A stretch of DNA of 64,000 nt from an uncultured Bacilli bacterium (GTDB lineage: Bacteria; Bacillota_I; Bacilli_A; RF39; UBA660): NCBI GenBank assembly GCA_934157235.1, contig CAKPHH010000001.1, positions 131,330 to 195,329 on the forward strand. Reading direction: 5' to 3'. The translations under genes and the position numbers were made by a program. The notes below the pieces were generated by a model. The model saw nothing but the letters and a program-made list of their open reading frames with translations, was not told the DNA's origin and made no database searches. Shown here one piece after another: positions 1 to 9,551 of this stretch. Position 1 is the first letter of the stretch. Every line of letters starts with the position of its first letter.

Positions 1-2
1 AT

Positions 3-266
3 TTATCTGGAGATATTCATCTTCAACACATGGAAAATAGAAAAAAAGAATATTTAAAAGTTAAATGGACTAGAGACGTTTGGGATGAAGAGTTAACTGT
101 TTATCAAAGCAAATCCATCACAACACCAGCTCAAGTAAGAGAATCTTTAAAAGATGTAAACATTACTCCAGAAAATGCCAATCTAATCGCTCCTATCTTA
201 ACTGAGTATGAAGAAGATAAAAAACATGATTTTAAAATTTATATGAAGAAAAATTGGAACAAGTAA
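3..266 (+). CDS. 3' end of a hypothetical protein; the ORF is open to the window edge, so its 5' part lies upstream
   Basis: Reading frame open from position 3 to a TAA at 264-266. No recognisable motif. Confidence 0.45.
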   Translation, partial: LSGDIHLQHMENRKKEYLKVKWTRDVWDEELTVYQSKSITTPAQVRESLKDVNITPENANLIAPILTEYEEDKKHDFKIYMKKNWNK

Positions 267-360
267 TTGTTCCTTTTTTAATATCAACACAAATGCTTTT
301 TTGTAGTTGTAAAAAAACAATAAATAATGTAAAATACAATTATAGGGTAGGTGTTTAGAG

Positions 361-2301
361 ATGACATATGAATTTGAATTACCATTAGTATCACTAGTAT
401 TTGTCTTAATACTAGCCATTGTTTATTTTTCCAAGAAAAAAGTAAATTTACTTGAAAATAAGATGTACGAAAAAATACTAATTTGTTCTTTAGTAGAAAT
501 AATTATTAATACTATAATTCATTTTATATGTGCCTTTAACTCCTTTGAAGTTATTCAAAGTAAATATTATCTTCTCTTTGACTTTCTAAATAAAATTTTA
601 TCAACTATGTTTGTCATGATTTTTATGTCCTTGTTATGTTACACCATAATTATAACTTATGATAAAGCCAAAAATAATGCCGCAAAACTCTTAAAAGCAT
701 CGTATATCCTTGAAATATTATTCTTTGTTGGCACATTATTTACCCATATAAATTTAGTTAACATGAGTAGTGTTATAAATGTAAATGGTCCAACTATTAT
801 TCTTGGCTACACTGTAGTAGCCATTCTCTTACTAGCTTCTTTAGTGGTAACTTTAATAAATATCAAAAGAATTGATAAGCGTCATATCGCCATATTTGGC
901 ATAATCATTGTTTTAGGAATAATTTTTGCCTTAACATTATTATTCCCAGGTATGATTATCTATGATTTAGCCCCAGCTCTATTATGCTACATCATGTACT
1001 TCACTATAGAAAATCCAGATATTAAAATGATTGCTGAGTTAAACCTAGCAAAAGACCAGGCTGAAAAAGCTAATCATGCTAAGAGTGACTTTTTATCTAG
1101 TATGTCCCATGAAATTAGAACACCTTTAAATGCCATCGTTGGTCTATCAGAAGATATGGTTGAAAGAGGAAATTGTCCTAAAGAGATGGAAGAGGATTTA
1201 AATGATATCTTAGAAGCATCAAGAACCCTTCTAGAAATAGTTGGTAATATTATGGATATCAATAAAATTGAAAGTGACAAACTAAAAATAATCGAAACAA
1301 CTTACAACTATAAAAAAGAAGCTGAAATTCTTGCTAAAATAAATGCCACTAGAATAGGTGATAGACCAATAGAACTAAAAGTATCTATTGCTGAAGACAT
1401 CCCCGAGCAATTAATTGGCGATAGAATCCATGTCAAACAAATAATTAATAACTTATTATCAAATGCTATTAAATATACTAATGAAGGAACCGTTGAGTTT
1501 ACTTCCAAATGTATTAATAAAGATGATGAAACTATTTTAATAATTAGTGTTAAAGACACTGGTAGAGGTATTAAAAAAGAAGATATTTCTAAATTATTCA
1601 CAAAATTTGAACGACTTGATATTGAAAAAAGTTCTACTACTGAAGGAACAGGACTAGGTCTAGCAATCACTAAGAAAATTGTTGAAATGATGAATGGTAA
1701 GATCAATGTCCAAAGTAGTTATGGAAAAGGTTCAATCTTTATAGTTCAACTTCCTCAAAAAATAGATCGTACTAAAATGAAAAATGACTATATTGAAACA
1801 CTTTCCAAAGATACAACTTATAATGATTATAGTGATAAAAAAGTTCTAATTGTCGATGATAATAAATTAAATATCAAAGTAGCTAGAAGAGCCCTAGAAC
1901 CATTCAAAGTTCAAATAGAAGCTCTTGAAAATGGTCAAGATTGTATTAATAAAATAAATCTAGGCAAAAAATATGATCTTATCTTAATGGACATTCAAAT
2001 GCCTATTATGTCTGGAGAAACAGCCCTAAAAGAATTAAAAAAACTTCCTGATTTTAAAACCCCAGTCATTGCTTTAACAGCTGATGTAATTTATGGAAGT
2101 GAAGAAAAATATCTAGAACAGGGATTTGCTGATTATATTCCTAAACCATTTAGTAAAGATCAAATAAAAGCTAAATTAGACAAAATCTTTAAAAACGCTC
2201 CTTCTATAAGTGAAGAAGAAACTCCAACATATGATCCCAACATCGATCGTTTTAAAGATGTCGAAGCTATAGTTATTGAAAAAGATGAAACGAAGGAATG
2301 A
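361..2301 (+). CDS. Membrane-bound hybrid sensor histidine kinase (multi-TM N-terminus, HisKA, HATPase_c, C-terminal receiver domain)
   Basis: About six N-terminal hydrophobic helices. H-box [14 protein letters not shown]-box NAIKYT. G-boxes DTGRGI and GTGLGLAI. Receiver motifs [21 protein letters not shown]. Confidence 0.85.
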   Translation: MTYEFELPLVSLVFVLILAIVYFSKKKVNLLENKMYEKILICSLVEIIINTIIHFICAFNSFEVIQSKYYLLFDFLNKILSTMFVMIFMSLLCYTIIITYDKAKNNAAKLLKASYILEILFFVGTLFTHINLVNMSSVINVNGPTIILGYTVVAILLLASLVVTLINIKRIDKRHIAIFGIIIVLGIIFALTLLFPGMIIYDLAPALLCYIMYFTIENPDIKMIAELNLAKDQAEKANHAKSDFLSSMSHEIRTPLNAIVGLSEDMVERGNCPKEMEEDLNDILEASRTLLEIVGNIMDINKIESDKLKIIETTYNYKKEAEILAKINATRIGDRPIELKVSIAEDIPEQLIGDRIHVKQIINNLLSNAIKYTNEGTVEFTSKCINKDDETILIISVKDTGRGIKKEDISKLFTKFERLDIEKSSTTEGTGLGLAITKKIVEMMNGKINVQSSYGKGSIFIVQLPQKIDRTKMKNDYIETLSKDTTYNDYSDKKVLIVDDNKLNIKVARRALEPFKVQIEALENGQDCINKINLGKKYDLILMDIQMPIMSGETALKELKKLPDFKTPVIALTADVIYGSEEKYLEQGFADYIPKPFSKDQIKAKLDKIFKNAPSISEEETPTYDPNIDRFKDVEAIVIEKDETKE

Positions 2302-2337
2302 TTATATCATTCCTTTTAACTTAAAAGAGGTGAAAAT

Positions 2338-2697
2338 ATGAATGATTTAATAAATTCTAAACTAGACTCCCTAGAAAAATCTAAATTTAGAGGTTCATTT
2401 CACTTGAATAATAATATGAAGCAATATGTAAAAGATAAAGGTTATCCCAAGATTGAACAAGATGCCTATGATTTAATTACCAAACGATTAAAAGTGCTTC
2501 TCCCAAATGATGGTAAACAAACTCCTATGCGAGCTAATTCTCATCCAGTCTTTATTGCTGAACATGCAACAGGTACTTGCTGTCGTAGTTGCCTTGAAAA
2601 AATTCACCATATTAAAAAGGCTAAAATTCTAAACGATCAAGAAATAGCTTACATCGTCAAAGTTATAATGACCTGGATTCATCGTGAAGTAGATTAA
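2338..2697 (+). CDS. DUF4186-like small protein (conserved HATGTCCRSCLEK motif)
   Basis: The Cys-rich motif HPVFIAEHATGTCCRSCLEKIHHI resembles the DUF4186 signature. Good RBS AAGAGGTGA. Confidence 0.55.
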   Translation: MNDLINSKLDSLEKSKFRGSFHLNNNMKQYVKDKGYPKIEQDAYDLITKRLKVLLPNDGKQTPMRANSHPVFIAEHATGTCCRSCLEKIHHIKKAKILNDQEIAYIVKVIMTWIHREVD

Positions 2698-2844
2698 GAA
2701 AAGTGCAAAAGACAATTAAAAAAGCATAACGTTTACAAAGCATTAAGAATGACTAGTATCATTCTTTTCTTTTGTTCTAAAAAGTTGCTTTTTTTCCTAA
2801 AATAAAAAAAATATGTTATACTTTTAATAGGAGGGTAATGTTTA

Positions 2845-4218
2845 ATGAAAATAAAAGAAAATATAAATGAAAACATTTTTAGAGGTTATGACATTAGAGG
2901 TATTTATCCTACAGAATTAGATGAAGATACTGTCTATACTGTTGGCCTAGGTTTTGGTAGTTATATCCAAACCATTGGTAAAAATACTTGTGTAATTGGA
3001 CATGATAATCGTTTGTCAGGAGAAAGCCTATATAACGCTTTAATTAAAGGTATTACTGAAACCGGTGTAAATATAATTTCTCTTGGTTTATGTACAACTC
3101 CAATGTATTATTATGCTTGTATAAAACTAGGTATTCCATCTGGTGTAATGGTAACTGCTTCCCATAATCCTAAAGATGATAATGGCTTAAAATTTGCTTT
3201 TGATGAAAAAGGAAATTGTAAAGGTCAGGAAATACAAGACTTTCTAGCTTATATCAAAGCCGGTAATTTTAAAACTGGAAATGGTACTGTGACCAATTAT
3301 AGTATTAGAGAAGAATACTTAGATTTGTTCAAAACAAACCTACACTTTGGTTCAAGAAAACTAAAAGTCGTTATTGACCCTGGAAATGGTACAACTAGTA
3401 TTATTGCTAAAGAGTTATATGAAATGTTTCCAATGGAGTTACATGTAATTAATGGTGAAAGTGATGGAACATTCCCAAATCACCATCCTGATCCATGTGT
3501 TGAAGATAACTTAGCACAATTAAAGTCCAAAGTAAAAGAACTAGGTGCTGATGTTGGACTAGGCTTTGATGGTGATGGTGATAGATTAGGTGTTGTTGCT
3601 GAAGATGGAACTTTTATACCTACAGATAAATATATGATTATTATCGTTCGAGATATAATTAATAAGGTTGCTAAGAAAAAATTCCTATATGATGTAAAAT
3701 GTTCTAAATCTTTAAGTGATGAAATAGAACGCTTAGGTGGAGAAGGTTTATGCTATCGTACTGGAAACTCATACACTAAAGCTAAAGTTAGAGAAGATGA
3801 TCTACCATTTGGTGGTGAATTATCTGGACATGTTTACTTTAGAGATAGATGGCCAGGCTTTGATTCAGGCATATATGCGGGCCTTCGTTTATTAGAAATC
3901 TTATCTCATACTGATAAAACTGTAACTGAACTATTAGCAGGCATAAATAATTATTATTCAACAGAAGAATTAAAATTCAAAAGTAGTGATGATAAGAAGT
4001 TTGCTATTATTGATAAAGTAGCTGAATATGCTAAAAGTAAAGATTATAAATTCTTAGACATTGATGGCGTAAAAGTTTTATTTGCTGATGGCTGGGCTCT
4101 AGTAAGAGCTTCCAATACAGGACCTAATATAACCGCTAGATTTGAAGCAAAAACAGAAGACCGTCTAGAAAAATTGCAAAATGAGTTTATCAGCCTAATC
4201 GAAGAATATAATAAATAA
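2845..4218 (+). CDS. Alpha-D-phosphohexomutase (phosphoglucomutase/phosphomannomutase/GlmM family)
   Basis: Active-site Ser loop TASHNPKDDNGLK. Metal-binding FDGDGDR. N-terminal FRGYDIRG and C-terminal sugar-phosphate loop. RBS AGGAGGG. Confidence 0.85.
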   Translation: MKIKENINENIFRGYDIRGIYPTELDEDTVYTVGLGFGSYIQTIGKNTCVIGHDNRLSGESLYNALIKGITETGVNIISLGLCTTPMYYYACIKLGIPSGVMVTASHNPKDDNGLKFAFDEKGNCKGQEIQDFLAYIKAGNFKTGNGTVTNYSIREEYLDLFKTNLHFGSRKLKVVIDPGNGTTSIIAKELYEMFPMELHVINGESDGTFPNHHPDPCVEDNLAQLKSKVKELGADVGLGFDGDGDRLGVVAEDGTFIPTDKYMIIIVRDIINKVAKKKFLYDVKCSKSLSDEIERLGGEGLCYRTGNSYTKAKVREDDLPFGGELSGHVYFRDRWPGFDSGIYAGLRLLEILSHTDKTVTELLAGINNYYSTEELKFKSSDDKKFAIIDKVAEYAKSKDYKFLDIDGVKVLFADGWALVRASNTGPNITARFEAKTEDRLEKLQNEFISLIEEYNK

Positions 4219-4230
4219 TAAAGGAGTATT

Positions 4231-4719
4231 ATGAAAAAATTAGAAATACATTATCATTGTAATAGTGAAAATCCAACGCAAATAACCAGTCGTGCTTTTA
4301 ATGTCGACTCCATTTCTAAGACATCTTATCCAAAAGAGGTACCATATCTAATTGACATATATCAGCCAGTAACATATCTAGATGCCAATCTAGAAGAAAA
4401 ACAAATACCGGTAAAAATAACTTACATGGTAGGGGAAGTCTTAACATCAAGAAAAATAATTCAAACTGCAACATCAAAAATAAGAATGGAAAGAGACTTA
4501 CCAATCGTAAATCGCTATGTTGCACCTGGTAATCATGATACCTTATTTGCCGTTTATAAAACTCCAAAGAAAAAGAGAAGATATATAGAACTATTAACTG
4601 ATAGAATAAAAGTATTTAAAACTCCAGAAGACTTAAAAGAAGGCTTACTAAACTTTGAATTACTATTTTTTGAAGGTGAAAACGTAAAACGAGAAGAACC
4701 AAAAATTTATCAAAAGTAA
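4231..4719 (+). CDS. Tandem-paralog family member 1 (unknown function, cytoplasmic)
   Basis: Begins MKKLEIHYHCNSENP. Central VTYLDAxL...ITYMVGE. C-terminal VFKTPEDLKEGL...FELLFFEG...KIYQK, a pattern shared with the next four ORFs. RBS AAGGAG. Confidence 0.65.
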   Translation: MKKLEIHYHCNSENPTQITSRAFNVDSISKTSYPKEVPYLIDIYQPVTYLDANLEEKQIPVKITYMVGEVLTSRKIIQTATSKIRMERDLPIVNRYVAPGNHDTLFAVYKTPKKKRRYIELLTDRIKVFKTPEDLKEGLLNFELLFFEGENVKREEPKIYQK

Positions 4720-4852
4720 TAAATCTGTCTTAACTATACATAACTAATATTATTAATAGTATTGCTCCAAACACTATATTAAAGCTTTTTAAGTAATACT
4801 TAGTAAAAAAGATAAAAAGGAAAAACTACTAATAAAGTATTAAGGAGATAAA

Positions 4853-5347
4853 ATGGAAAGATTAGATGTAATATATTATTGTGACCCAGACAAACCAAAT
4901 AAGTTTTCTAAACATGTAGGAAACATCAGTAAATTGGAAGAGATTGGTTTTCCAGAAGATGAAACACCTGTTGTAATTGAAATAGTCCATGAGGTTGAGT
5001 ACTTGGATGCCGAGTTAAGACCAAGCCACTTTAAAAATCAAGTTACCTATACAGTTGGAGAAGAGCGAGACTCTAATGAAGTATTTTCTCCTATCTTCCA
5101 ACATAAAGTAGGTGATCCATATGCCTTCCATAGAAGTTGTCAGGATCATACTATGGTTGTATATACAAGCCCATCGGGAGTAAGATATACAAGACCTAAA
5201 AATTCTGATGTGAAAGCATTTAAAACTACAGAGGCTCTAAAAGAAGGTTTCATATTCTATTTAAATGCTTATTTTGAACAAAAAGAAAAATACCAAGAAA
5301 GTATAGCTGAAAGAGTAACTTCAGCCAAAGTCTATCAGAAAAAGTAA
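4853..5347 (+). CDS. Tandem-paralog family member 2
   Basis: MERLDVIYYCDPDKP, VEYLDAEL...VTYTVGEE, VVYTSPSGVRYTRPK...VKAFKTTEALKEGFIFYLNAYF...KVYQKK. RBS AAGGAGA. Confidence 0.65.
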   Translation: MERLDVIYYCDPDKPNKFSKHVGNISKLEEIGFPEDETPVVIEIVHEVEYLDAELRPSHFKNQVTYTVGEERDSNEVFSPIFQHKVGDPYAFHRSCQDHTMVVYTSPSGVRYTRPKNSDVKAFKTTEALKEGFIFYLNAYFEQKEKYQESIAERVTSAKVYQKK

Positions 5348-5357
5348 GGCTCCATAA

Positions 5358-5383
5358 AGAAAAGTGAACACTTTTCTTTTTTT
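5358..5383 (+). terminator. Rho-independent terminator after family member 2
   Basis: Stem GAAAAGTG / CACTTTTC with a 2-nt loop, followed by a T9 run. Confidence 0.6.
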
Positions 5384-5419
5384 TAGTTATTTTTTATAGC
5401 CCAACAAGCCAAGTAAAAT

Positions 5420-5448
5420 TTGCAAAAAAGCCAAAAATGTGATATAAT
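5420..5448 (+). promoter_or_regulatory. Near-consensus sigma-A promoter driving family member 3
   Basis: -35 TTGCAA (5420-5425), 17-nt spacer, -10 TATAAT (5443-5448) with an upstream TG (TGaTATAAT), followed by a GGGGG RBS. Confidence 0.6.
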
Positions 5449-5475
5449 ATGTGCACTATTGAGGGGGAATATAAT

Positions 5476-6072
5476 ATGAAAAAGTTAGATATCTATTATC
5501 ATTGTAAACCAAAAGGTCAAGAAAATGGTTTCTTTAGTGTTGAGGATGTTTTAAGTGCTGATGACATTAAATATCCTAAATTCTTTATACCAGTTCAAAT
5601 AGATGTTGTAAAAACAGAAACTAGAGAAGGTCTAGATGGCGAAGAAATAACTTCTACTTCTACCATGAAATATACAATTGGTAGTCTTGAACAAACAGCT
5701 AAAGTATTAACAGAAATAAAAGAAGATGAAGGTAGAATTGTTAAAACACCATATAGAACAAAAATGTTAACTGACGCTAAAGTACATGCTAGTAATGCTC
5801 TAAAAGAACAAATTTTATCTACCAATCCCGTTCTTTATAAAGATTATTTATATCCACAAGTAGCAGTCTTTAAAACACCAACAGGAGACAAACAAGTTTA
5901 TGCTAAAAGTAGTTCAGTTAAAGTGTTTAGTACACTATCTGCCCTAAAGATGGCTTTTATAGGTGATACAATTGACTACTTAGGTTCCAACAACAAAACA
6001 GAAACTCCTGCTAAAACTTACACAAAAAATACTAAATATAAAGGTCATTTCGACAACAATTCCAATAAATAG
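5476..6072 (+). CDS. Tandem-paralog family member 3 (start moved to the second Met)
   Basis: The ATG at 5449 lies inside the -10 element; the GAGGGGG RBS precedes ATG 5476. MKKLDIYYHCKPKG...VAVFKTPTGDKQVY...KVFSTLSALKMAFIGDTIDYL...KTYTKNTKYKGHF. Confidence 0.65.
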   Translation: MKKLDIYYHCKPKGQENGFFSVEDVLSADDIKYPKFFIPVQIDVVKTETREGLDGEEITSTSTMKYTIGSLEQTAKVLTEIKEDEGRIVKTPYRTKMLTDAKVHASNALKEQILSTNPVLYKDYLYPQVAVFKTPTGDKQVYAKSSSVKVFSTLSALKMAFIGDTIDYLGSNNKTETPAKTYTKNTKYKGHFDNNSNK

Positions 6073-6104
6073 AATTATACTTAATATAAAGAGGAGAATT
6101 TAAA

Positions 6105-6692
6105 ATGAAAAAATTAGATATTTTTTATCACTGTAATCATGAGTGCCCAAGAAGTTGTACTACATTTACCGCTAATGTTGGAAATGTAGATGAAATCGAA
6201 TGGCCAATTGAAAAATTAAAAGGACCAGTTCAAGTAGATGTTGTAAAAAAAGAAGTTGAAGGTGACAGAGTACTTTCTGCAGAAGTAACCACTTATATGA
6301 TTGGTAATATTGCCGAAGCTTCAGAAGTTATAATTAGTCCATTTGGTTATCTTGAGGCTATCCAACAACCATTAAGAGAAAGAAAACTACCAGCAAGCCA
6401 AGAAAAGTACCTAAGTGTTGAATACAAGCCTTATAGAATACCACATCCCTTAAGCTTCTATAAAAGATGTCCCAACAAAAAAATGATAGTTTATCAAACT
6501 CCATCTGGTCAAAAACAAATTTGTCCTAAAACAGAAGATATCAAAGTTTATAAAAATCTATCTGCTATGGCTATAGGCTTCTTAGGTGATGTTATTGATT
6601 ACTTTGCCGAAGCTGAAAAAGAAGAAAGTACCGCTAAAACTTATACAAAAAATGATAAATTTAAAGGTAACTTTCACGTTTTCTTTGAATAA
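6105..6692 (+). CDS. Tandem-paralog family member 4
   Basis: MKKLDIFYHCNHECP...MIVYQTPSGQKQICPK...KVYKNLSAMAIGFLGDVIDYF...KTYTKNDKFKGNF. Closest to member 3. RBS AGAGGAGA. Confidence 0.65.
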   Translation: MKKLDIFYHCNHECPRSCTTFTANVGNVDEIEWPIEKLKGPVQVDVVKKEVEGDRVLSAEVTTYMIGNIAEASEVIISPFGYLEAIQQPLRERKLPASQEKYLSVEYKPYRIPHPLSFYKRCPNKKMIVYQTPSGQKQICPKTEDIKVYKNLSAMAIGFLGDVIDYFAEAEKEESTAKTYTKNDKFKGNFHVFFE

Positions 6693-6747
6693 AACAAGAT
6701 AGTTAAAAGGACATAGATACATAAAAAAAGAAGGGAACAAATCAAAT

Positions 6748-7313
6748 ATGCAACCATTAAATGTAAATATCATTTTTCAAATGAAAGGTGTAAAAGTGGC
6801 TATCTCGATGTCGTAATCCCATCTCTTGATGAAATAATATATCCCAATGCCTATTTTGGCGACTGTCTAACAGATATGATTACTATTACACAAAACGTTA
6901 GTTATTTTGATGTGGAAGGCATCGAGCAGTCTATAAATAAAAAAGTAATACTAATAGTAGGTAAAGAAGAAAAGGCTGTTAAAGTATTAGATAATACAGA
7001 AGATTATTTAGTAGGGCAATCACATCTTGAAAGTGCTATGCCATTATTAAAAGTTAAAGGTAACTCTTTCCTACCAGATCAAGCTGATATAAGCCCATAT
7101 AACTTTGCCCAGAAATGCACTGGTAACCCTAGACAAATGATTGTCTATAAAGAACCAAACTCAAAGAAAAAATACATTTTTCCAAAGACAAAAACTACTA
7201 AGTCTTTTAAAACTCCAGCTGATTTAAAAGATGGATTCTATACTTTTCTAAAGGCTTATTTTGCTAACGATAATACAAAAGGTGAAAAAACAAAAGTATA
7301 TACAAGAAAATAA
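6748..7313 (+). pseudogene. Tandem-paralog family member 5, disrupted by an apparent -1 frameshift near 6763-6766
   Basis: An RBS AGAAGGGAA precedes ATG 6748, which encodes MQPLNV then runs into a stop at 6814-6816. The body frame (open from 6717) reads ...KYHFSNE... and ends ...KVYTRK. Restoring one base gives MQPLNVKYHFSNE, matching the family N-terminus M-x-x-L-[DEN]-[IV]-x-Y-H-[CF]. The ATG 6876 of the listed ORF has no RBS. Confidence 0.5.
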
Positions 7314-7342
7314 ATGTAATAGTATTAACTATAAATAAATAG

Positions 7343-7370
7343 AATATTCCCATTGGGAATATTTTTTCTT
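7343..7370 (+). terminator. Rho-independent terminator closing the paralog array
   Basis: Inverted repeat AATATTCCCA / TGGGAATATT followed by TTTTTTCTT. Confidence 0.55.
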
Positions 7371-7509
7371 TGCAAAAAAACTCTTGTCTAATTTTAAAAC
7401 TTATGATATATTGAAACAGACGTTTAGCGAGAAAATACTATATTTAAATTATAACTACATGAATAAATGTAGTATTTTGGTTTTTAAAGAATAAATTAAG
7501 GAGGTATAT

Positions 7510-9540
7510 ATGGCAATTAGTGAACAAGAATTTAAGACAGAACAGAAAATTTTAAAGAAAGTTCAAAAATTATTAGGTGACACATTATCATCATTAGGAC
7601 AAGAAGTTTATGATGATGAAGAAAACTTAAAAGAATTCAAAAAGATGATGTGGGAAGACTCCACTAGTTTCGATGAAGCAGAAATGCAACAAGTAATGGC
7701 CGCAACAGCTGGAGAAGCAGAACGAGCTCTTCAAAAACAATCCTATTTCAAAAAACTATGTCAAATTAAAAACAAGCCTTACTTTGCATCCATAATTTTT
7801 AAAGATGATGAAGGAAAAATTCATAACATTTATATTTCTCTAACTTATTTGAAAGATGATAATCTAAATAATATTTTATACGACTGGCGTAGTCCTGTCT
7901 GCAGCCTTTTCTACGACTATGAAGTAGGACCATGTTCTTACAAAGCCCCTGGCGGTATATATGAAGGTGAATTAAAACGTAAAAGACAATATAAAATAGA
8001 AAATAACAAACTAGTAGGTGTCTTTGACAATTCCTTAAATATTGATGATGAAGTTTTACAAGAAGTACTTGCGACTGAGTCTAGTGATAAGATGAAAAAT
8101 GTTGTTAATACTATCCAACAAGAACAAAATAAAGTAATAAGAAACTTAGAAGACAATAACTTAATAGTTCAAGGAATAGCTGGTTCTGGTAAAACAACTG
8201 TTGCCCTTCATCGAATTGCTTTCTTATTATATCGTTTAAAAAACTTAACCAGTAATAATATCTTAATTTTCTCTCCAAATAATGTCTTTACAGAATACAT
8301 TTCTGATGTCTTACCATCACTTGGAGAAAGTAATACTCTTCAAACTACTTTTAATGATTATCTATCATACTTTATAACCGAATATAAAAATGTCGAAACC
8401 TTCTCTGACTTTGTCTCAAGATATTATACTTATAGTGAAAAAGATCCAGAATTAGTAAAATATAAGCAAAGTGATGAAATTATTGCTGATCTAGATGCTT
8501 ACTTAAAAGACTATATTGCTAAATGTAAATTTACTGAAGATATCATTGAAAATGAATTTAATGTCGTTCTAAAAGAAGAATTAAATGAAATGTTAACTTA
8601 TAAATATGATCGTTTTCCATTATTTGAAAGAGTAGAAGAAATGTCTAAGAAACTATCTCAACAATTTTATAAAGGTAGTAATAAAAAAGTAAAAACATTT
8701 GGTAAACTACTAAAAGAAGCTTCTAATTTTGAAAAAGATTATAAGAAAATATATGCTGACTTCTGGCGTAGTTCTTTCTGTAAAATGCCGCTTTCTGATA
8801 GTATAATCAATTCCTTTGTCAAGAAAGATATTATTAATTATGAGGATGCCTTACTTTTCTCATACATAAAAGGTATCCTTCAAAGTTTCCCATACGAAGC
8901 AAATATTAAACAAGTAGTAATCGATGAAGCTCAAGATTATAACATGCTTCAATACATAATAATAAGCAAAATATTTAGAAAAGCTGATTTTACTATTTTA
9001 GGAGACATCAATCAAAATATTAATCCATACTATAGTTATAAAACTCTAGAGGATTTAAGTCCTTTATTTAAAGGTGATACAAAGTACTTAGAACTATTAA
9101 AAACCTATCGTTCTTCTCCTGAAATAATTGAATATACAAATAAAATCCTTAATTTAAAACATGTTAACGCTATCCGTAAAGATAATAATAAACCTGTAAT
9201 CTTTAGAAAAAATATCTCTAACTTAAAAGAGTCTCTTCTAACCGACATAAGTACTCTTCAAAGTGAATATAAAAGTACGGCAATTATAACCAAAGATTAC
9301 AAGGAGGCTGAGGAAATATATGACTTATTAAAGAATAATATCAACTTATCTTTAATTGATGCTAATACAAAAAGGTTCCAGAAGAATTTAATTGTTATAC
9401 CAGCCTATATTGCAAAGGGATTAGAGTTCGATAGTGTAATTATCTATAACGATCGTAACAATTCTTATCGCAAAAACGAGAGAAACTTACTATATGTTGC
9501 TTGTACTAGATGTCAACATGAATTATATATTTATAACTAA
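7510..9540 (+). CDS. UvrD/Rep-family (HelD-like) DNA helicase
   Basis: Walker A GIAGSGKTTVALHR. DExx-like VVIDEAQD. Motif VI-like C-terminus (LLYVACTRC). Strong RBS AAGGAGG. Confidence 0.8.
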   Translation: MAISEQEFKTEQKILKKVQKLLGDTLSSLGQEVYDDEENLKEFKKMMWEDSTSFDEAEMQQVMAATAGEAERALQKQSYFKKLCQIKNKPYFASIIFKDDEGKIHNIYISLTYLKDDNLNNILYDWRSPVCSLFYDYEVGPCSYKAPGGIYEGELKRKRQYKIENNKLVGVFDNSLNIDDEVLQEVLATESSDKMKNVVNTIQQEQNKVIRNLEDNNLIVQGIAGSGKTTVALHRIAFLLYRLKNLTSNNILIFSPNNVFTEYISDVLPSLGESNTLQTTFNDYLSYFITEYKNVETFSDFVSRYYTYSEKDPELVKYKQSDEIIADLDAYLKDYIAKCKFTEDIIENEFNVVLKEELNEMLTYKYDRFPLFERVEEMSKKLSQQFYKGSNKKVKTFGKLLKEASNFEKDYKKIYADFWRSSFCKMPLSDSIINSFVKKDIINYEDALLFSYIKGILQSFPYEANIKQVVIDEAQDYNMLQYIIISKIFRKADFTILGDINQNINPYYSYKTLEDLSPLFKGDTKYLELLKTYRSSPEIIEYTNKILNLKHVNAIRKDNNKPVIFRKNISNLKESLLTDISTLQSEYKSTAIITKDYKEAEEIYDLLKNNINLSLIDANTKRFQKNLIVIPAYIAKGLEFDSVIIYNDRNNSYRKNERNLLYVACTRCQHELYIYN

Positions 9541-9551
9541 GATGCTAAGCT

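Noticed and set aside
198-419. Antisense or overlapping small ORFs in the track that lie inside better-supported genes (e.g. 198-419, 1074-1280, 1308-1706, 4316-4567, 5595-5825, 12247-12528, 19308-19508, 20161-20463, 23544-23816, 23840-24055, 26024-26311, 28496-28738, 29345-29740, 31963-32247, 45078-45263, 51981-52289, 54766-55008, 55249-55455)
   Set aside because: They sit wholly inside, or antisense to, strongly supported CDSs, have low-complexity Ser/Leu/Phe-rich translations typical of AT-rich antisense frames, and lack an RBS.
5449-5475. ORF-track start MCTIEGEYN for array member 3
   Set aside because: That ATG lies inside the -10 hexamer of the near-consensus promoter (5443-5448), so it cannot be translated from that transcript. 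The RBS GAGGGGG serves ATG 5476.
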